64,000 nucleotides of DNA from Fidelibacterota bacterium (GTDB lineage: Bacteria > Fidelibacterota > JAANXI01), in the NCBI GenBank assembly GCA_021734025.1, contig JAIPJS010000003.1, forward strand, positions 92,332-156,331, given 5' to 3'. A program made the position numbers and the translations under genes. The notes under the pieces are model-generated. The model was not told the origin of the DNA, did not search any database, and worked only from the letters and a program-made list of their open reading frames with translations. This document shows, one piece after another, positions 60,507 through 64,000 of the stretch (positions are counted from its first letter, which is position 1; every line of letters begins with the position of its first letter).

Positions 60507-61532
60507 ATGCGGCAAATTTGGATAACGAAGGCCGGGAGGCCGGAAGTCTTGCAACTCAAAGACGCGCCGGATCCGAGTCCGGGTGAAAATGAAGTAGTAA
60601 TAGATGTCAAGTCGGCGGGAATCAATTTTGCCGATATTATGGCGAGGCTTGGCGTCTACCAGGATGCTCCGGATTTGCCATGTGTTGTGGGATATGAGGT
60701 TGCCGGCGTGGTGGAGTCTGTTGGATCCAAGGTCACGCGTTTGAAGATGGGCGATTCGGTCTGCGCACTCACCAGATTTGGCGGATATTCTACGAAGATC
60801 GTAGTTGCGGAAAGCCAGGCGTATCCGATACCATCCGGATGGAGTTTTGAAGAAGCGTCAGCTATGCCAGTCAATTATCTGACTGCTTATCAATTGTTGG
60901 TGGTTATGGGAAGTATTCGCAATGGATCCAGTGTATTGATTCACGGGGCCGGTGGCGGCGTCGGAACAGCGGCAACCCAGATCGCAAAGTTGTACGATGC
61001 CACCATCTATGGAACGTCTTCCAAAAAGAAACACGATTATATTCGGAGTAACGGTGTGCATCACGCCATCGACTATCGGAATGAGGATTTTGTTGAGCGC
61101 ATCAACGAATTAACTGAGGACAGGGGTGTGGAAATTGTACTGGATGCCATAGGAGGAAAGCATTTTAGCCGGAGTTATGACGCATTACGCAGTACCGGCC
61201 GGCTGCTCATGTACGGGATGTCCTCCATGGCACAGTCAAAACGGAAATCGCTATGGAATGCGCTGAAGGCTGTTGTGAAATTACCACTGTTCAAGTTTTA
61301 TCCGGTGCGATTGATTAATGAAAATAAGGGTGTCCTCGGCGTAAACATCGGCCATCTCTGGCATGAACGGGATTTGGTGACCGGTTGGATGCAAGAGCTC
61401 ATTGTTTGGGCAGAGGAGGGAAAAATCAGGCCGGTGGTAGATACGACATTTTCGTTTGAGGAGGCACCAAAAGCGCATCATTACATTCAGGATCGAAAAA
61501 ATCTCGGGAAAGTCTGCCTCGTACCGGAGTAA
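60507..61532 (+). CDS. NADPH:quinone oxidoreductase / VAT-1-like MDR
   Basis: GINFADIMARLG, VGYEVAG, PVNYLTAY, HGAGGGVG, RKNLGKV. Confidence 0.88.
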   Translation: MRQIWITKAGRPEVLQLKDAPDPSPGENEVVIDVKSAGINFADIMARLGVYQDAPDLPCVVGYEVAGVVESVGSKVTRLKMGDSVCALTRFGGYSTKIVVAESQAYPIPSGWSFEEASAMPVNYLTAYQLLVVMGSIRNGSSVLIHGAGGGVGTAATQIAKLYDATIYGTSSKKKHDYIRSNGVHHAIDYRNEDFVERINELTEDRGVEIVLDAIGGKHFSRSYDALRSTGRLLMYGMSSMAQSKRKSLWNALKAVVKLPLFKFYPVRLINENKGVLGVNIGHLWHERDLVTGWMQELIVWAEEGKIRPVVDTTFSFEEAPKAHHYIQDRKNLGKVCLVPE

Positions 61533-61633
61533 TGATTCTCTTTTTTGCAATGAGTAATTGCCTTGCGGTCTTTCTGGTATTAAGTTTGAGACGATGACGC
61601 GTTTTTTAGAAAAATTTAAACGGGAGTAATGTT

Positions 61634-61984
61634 ATGACCTATGTCATTGGAACGCCGTGTGTTAGTGTATGTGATACGGCATGCGTAGAAGTTTGTCCTG
61701 TTGATTGTATTTATGCTCCAATCCCACTGGATGAAATTCATGAAAAACGGGAAGCCTCGGGTGTGCCCGAAGGTGAACCCGCCGAAGAATTAAAGGGCCT
61801 GATGCTCTATATTCATCCTGATGAATGCATTGATTGCGCAGCATGCGAACCTGAATGTCCGCCGGATGCGATCCGAGCTGAGGACGATACCCATCCCGAT
61901 TTTGATGTGGATGAGTATCTGGAGATCAATACGAAATTCTTTGAGGAAGGCAACGACGCCTATAACACGGCGGGTTTAGCCTAA
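61634..61984 (+). CDS. Dicluster ferredoxin, paralog of 378-728
   Basis: Same Cys motifs and length; 84/116 aa identical by manual ungapped count. Confidence 0.93.
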   Translation: MTYVIGTPCVSVCDTACVEVCPVDCIYAPIPLDEIHEKREASGVPEGEPAEELKGLMLYIHPDECIDCAACEPECPPDAIRAEDDTHPDFDVDEYLEINTKFFEEGNDAYNTAGLA

Positions 61985-62005
61985 GGCTCAAAACAGTTTG
62001 CATTG

Positions 62006-62041
62006 AAAAAGCCTGTCCGGAATTCCGGGCAGGCTTTTTTT
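62006..62041. terminator. Bidirectional rho-independent terminator
   Basis: AAAAAGCCTGTCCGG-AATT-CCGGGCAGGCTTTTTTT. Confidence 0.9.
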
Positions 62042-62059
62042 ATGCAGGATAGCTAAAAG

Positions 62060-62447
62060 AGTATTCAGGTTCTCAAGTATTCAAGTGTTCCGGTAAAAAC
62101 GCCTGTCCTCCAAATCCCTGGCAGAGTAGAGTTTTATCGTTGATAGTCGCGGCATTCACCGCGCTTTTGTTCGTCGTTTTTCATTCTTCTTTCAAAACCA
62201 AACACCGCTGAACCAATCATGGGGCCGGTCGAATGAGCGGGACCCCCTACCAGTTTTCTCCTGTTTGATGGTGAATTTTGAAATTGGATATTGGACATTC
62301 AATCTTTCCTTTATCCTTTCTCCTTTCTCCCTTCTCCCTTCTCCCTTCTCCATTTTATCCACGTTTAAACCCGCTTTGCGGACTTTAAGCGTCAGCCTAA
62401 GCCCTCTTACTTATACCCTTATACCCATCTATCCCTTCCATCTTTCC
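62060..62447 (-). repeat. Composite intergenic repeat, copy B (octamer array 62060-62094, REP-like palindromes 62143-62163 and 62221-62250, heptamer arrays)
   Basis: Reverse complement aligns in blocks with 30964-31164; CTTCTCC/TTTCTCC tandem array; ATACCCTT repeats. Confidence 0.85.
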
Positions 62448-62522
62448 CGTCAAATCTGTAGAATCTATTAGTTTTGAGGTCGTTGTGATATTGTAGTTCT
62501 GAGTTGAAACAAAGGTTTTACC

Positions 62523-64000
62523 ATGGATTGGTATCGCCGTCGCCCGCTTCTTTGGTGGGGGATATTTATCATCGCTGGAATGCTCGGGGCATCTGTCTTA
62601 CCGGAATGGATGTTTTTCATTCTGATAGTTTTCATAGTAATTCTATTTATTATTTACCGGGTAAGCGCCAGGGCTTCGGATACTTTAGTATTCCTCATTT
62701 TAATCCTGACCATGATATCATTAGGCGCTTTTCGACACTATGCGGATAATGTTGTTCCAAATCCAATCCTCAAAGACCTGGCGAGTTCCGATACTGATGT
62801 CCTGTTCACCGGCGTGGTGAAAAGCATTGATACCACTTCCATCAGTACATTGCACGGTACAATTGAACCGTTATCTGTTTATGATCATCAGATTACCGCT
62901 CAGCCGGTGCAGATTTGGTTGCCGGAGAATATTCCGTTGGTAACCGCTGGTGACACTATTACCGGTTTAGGGAATTTTTCCAGGTTTCCCCGTGCACGGA
63001 ATCCCGGAGAGTTCGATTACCGCAAATATCAAGAGTTGCGGCATCAGTTTTATCAGGTGGAAGTAAAACATCCGTGGGAGGTAAAAATCCGTTCCGGAGA
63101 AGTCCCGGGGTATCAGCGATTAGTTCAAGCGACCCAGGATTATATCACAACAACCCTGAACAGGATGCTCTCATCATCTTCTGCCAATTTCGCCACGGCG
63201 CTTGTCCTTGGACAGCGGGATGCCATAGACGATAGGATCATCGAGACCTTCTCATCCCTGGGGGTTATTCACGTGATGGCCGTTAGTGGGCTCCATGTGG
63301 GATTCGTAACACTGGTTTTAATGGTTATCGGCCAGGTGTTTCGACTCCCGTTTCGATACCGGGTGGCGTTTGCGATTGTTGGGTTGGCGTATTACGCTGC
63401 TTTAGTGGAATTTCGTCCGTCGGTAGTTCGCGCCTCGATTATGGCCGGAGTGCTTCTCCTCGCCGAGGCATCGGAAAAACGTTATGATATTCTGAATCTC
63501 CTGGGATTGGCAGCGATTATAATACTTTTGGTTAATCCCGGCGAACTGTTTAGTCTGGGATTCCAACTCTCATTCCTTGCGGTATTGAGTATCGTCTTGC
63601 TGTATGATCGGATGCAAAATTATCTTGAGAATTTAGGCTTCTCTTTGTCCGAATCACCCTATCTGGTGCGCTACACAGGTGGGTTGATTTTAGTCTCCAC
63701 CGCGGCCTTCATTGGTACTGCACCGCTGACTTCCTATCATTTCGGCATTCTACCGTTATGGGGAATCCTGATTAATCTGATAGTAATTCCACTGATTGGC
63801 CTGATTGTAATTACTGTTTTTGTCTCACTCATTGTGTCGTTTGTCTGGTTTGATATTGCAGCACTCTATGCTGAATTACCCGACCTGATAATAAGTGGTC
63901 TCCAAAGATTGCTCCCCATGATGAAACAACAGGGGTTCGGCGCAATACAGCTAGCCAACTTTCACTGGATGTGGGTAATTGTTTTCTATATTGGAGTTGC
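62523..64000 (+). CDS. comEC: DNA uptake channel ComEC/Rec2, 5' part (runs off window)
   Basis: Manual translation from ATG 62523 (MDWYRRRPLLWWG...): RNPGEFDY, ALVLG, GVIHVMAVSGLHVG, PSVVRA, GFQLSF. Confidence 0.93.
   Translation, partial: MDWYRRRPLLWWGIFIIAGMLGASVLPEWMFFILIVFIVILFIIYRVSARASDTLVFLILILTMISLGAFRHYADNVVPNPILKDLASSDTDVLFTGVVKSIDTTSISTLHGTIEPLSVYDHQITAQPVQIWLPENIPLVTAGDTITGLGNFSRFPRARNPGEFDYRKYQELRHQFYQVEVKHPWEVKIRSGEVPGYQRLVQATQDYITTTLNRMLSSSSANFATALVLGQRDAIDDRIIETFSSLGVIHVMAVSGLHVGFVTLVLMVIGQVFRLPFRYRVAFAIVGLAYYAALVEFRPSVVRASIMAGVLLLAEASEKRYDILNLLGLAAIIILLVNPGELFSLGFQLSFLAVLSIVLLYDRMQNYLENLGFSLSESPYLVRYTGGLILVSTAAFIGTAPLTSYHFGILPLWGILINLIVIPLIGLIVITVFVSLIVSFVWFDIAALYAELPDLIISGLQRLLPMMKQQGFGAIQLANFHWMWVIVFYIGV

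Noticed and set aside
62205-62410. c-di-AMP (ydaO) riboswitch-like words: CGCTGAA, AGCGGGACCC, GGTGAAT, CGTCAGC.TAA upstream of comEC
   Set aside because: GTAGGG/CCCGAA core is missing, spacing is filled by heptamer arrays, and most of the words are not kept in the homologous copy at 31 kb; an Rfam RF00379 scan would settle it
62504-62749. 81-aa ORF in the track
   Set aside because: Out-of-frame shadow of comEC, which starts at 62523

Overview
Ordinary chromosomal 64 kb of a bacterium that is probably from the FCB superphylum but not Bacteroidetes (Marinimicrobia/Calditrichaeota/KSB1-like). This is inferred from canonical TTGACA/TATAAT promoters, strong Shine-Dalgarno sites, a GWxTD protein and LPS heptose kinase; the proteins are notably acidic. 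About 55 CDS: a redox/sulfur/sugar block (rhodanese, ferredoxin, haloarchaeal-type glucose dehydrogenase + GH15, cytochrome P460, CoA-disulfide reductase, ArsR-trxA-nth), a complete phoBR-pstSCAB-phoU regulon with Pho boxes followed by a FAM151/DUF2181-like phosphodiesterase, gpmI-rfaE1-propeller-GWxTD-LeuB-like, yhaO/yhaN, PqqL, hutH-guaB, rpsT, Crp, cysE, an acyl-CoA carboxyltransferase/AtuA/crotonase cluster with a GlmU-like gene inserted between the two AtuA halves, a second ferredoxin paralog and the 5' part of comEC. I found no rRNA, tRNA, CRISPR, prophage, integrase or transposase. The least explained signals are: the Pho-linked FAM151-like enzyme; several enzymes with substituted catalytic residues (LeuB-like, TupBC-like, MBL-fold); the AtuA/GlmU-like arrangement; and a family of composite intergenic repeats (7/8-mer tandem arrays plus GTAG-type REP hairpins) with two recognisably homologous ~250-300 bp copies. 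All family assignments are from motif recognition by eye, not database searches.
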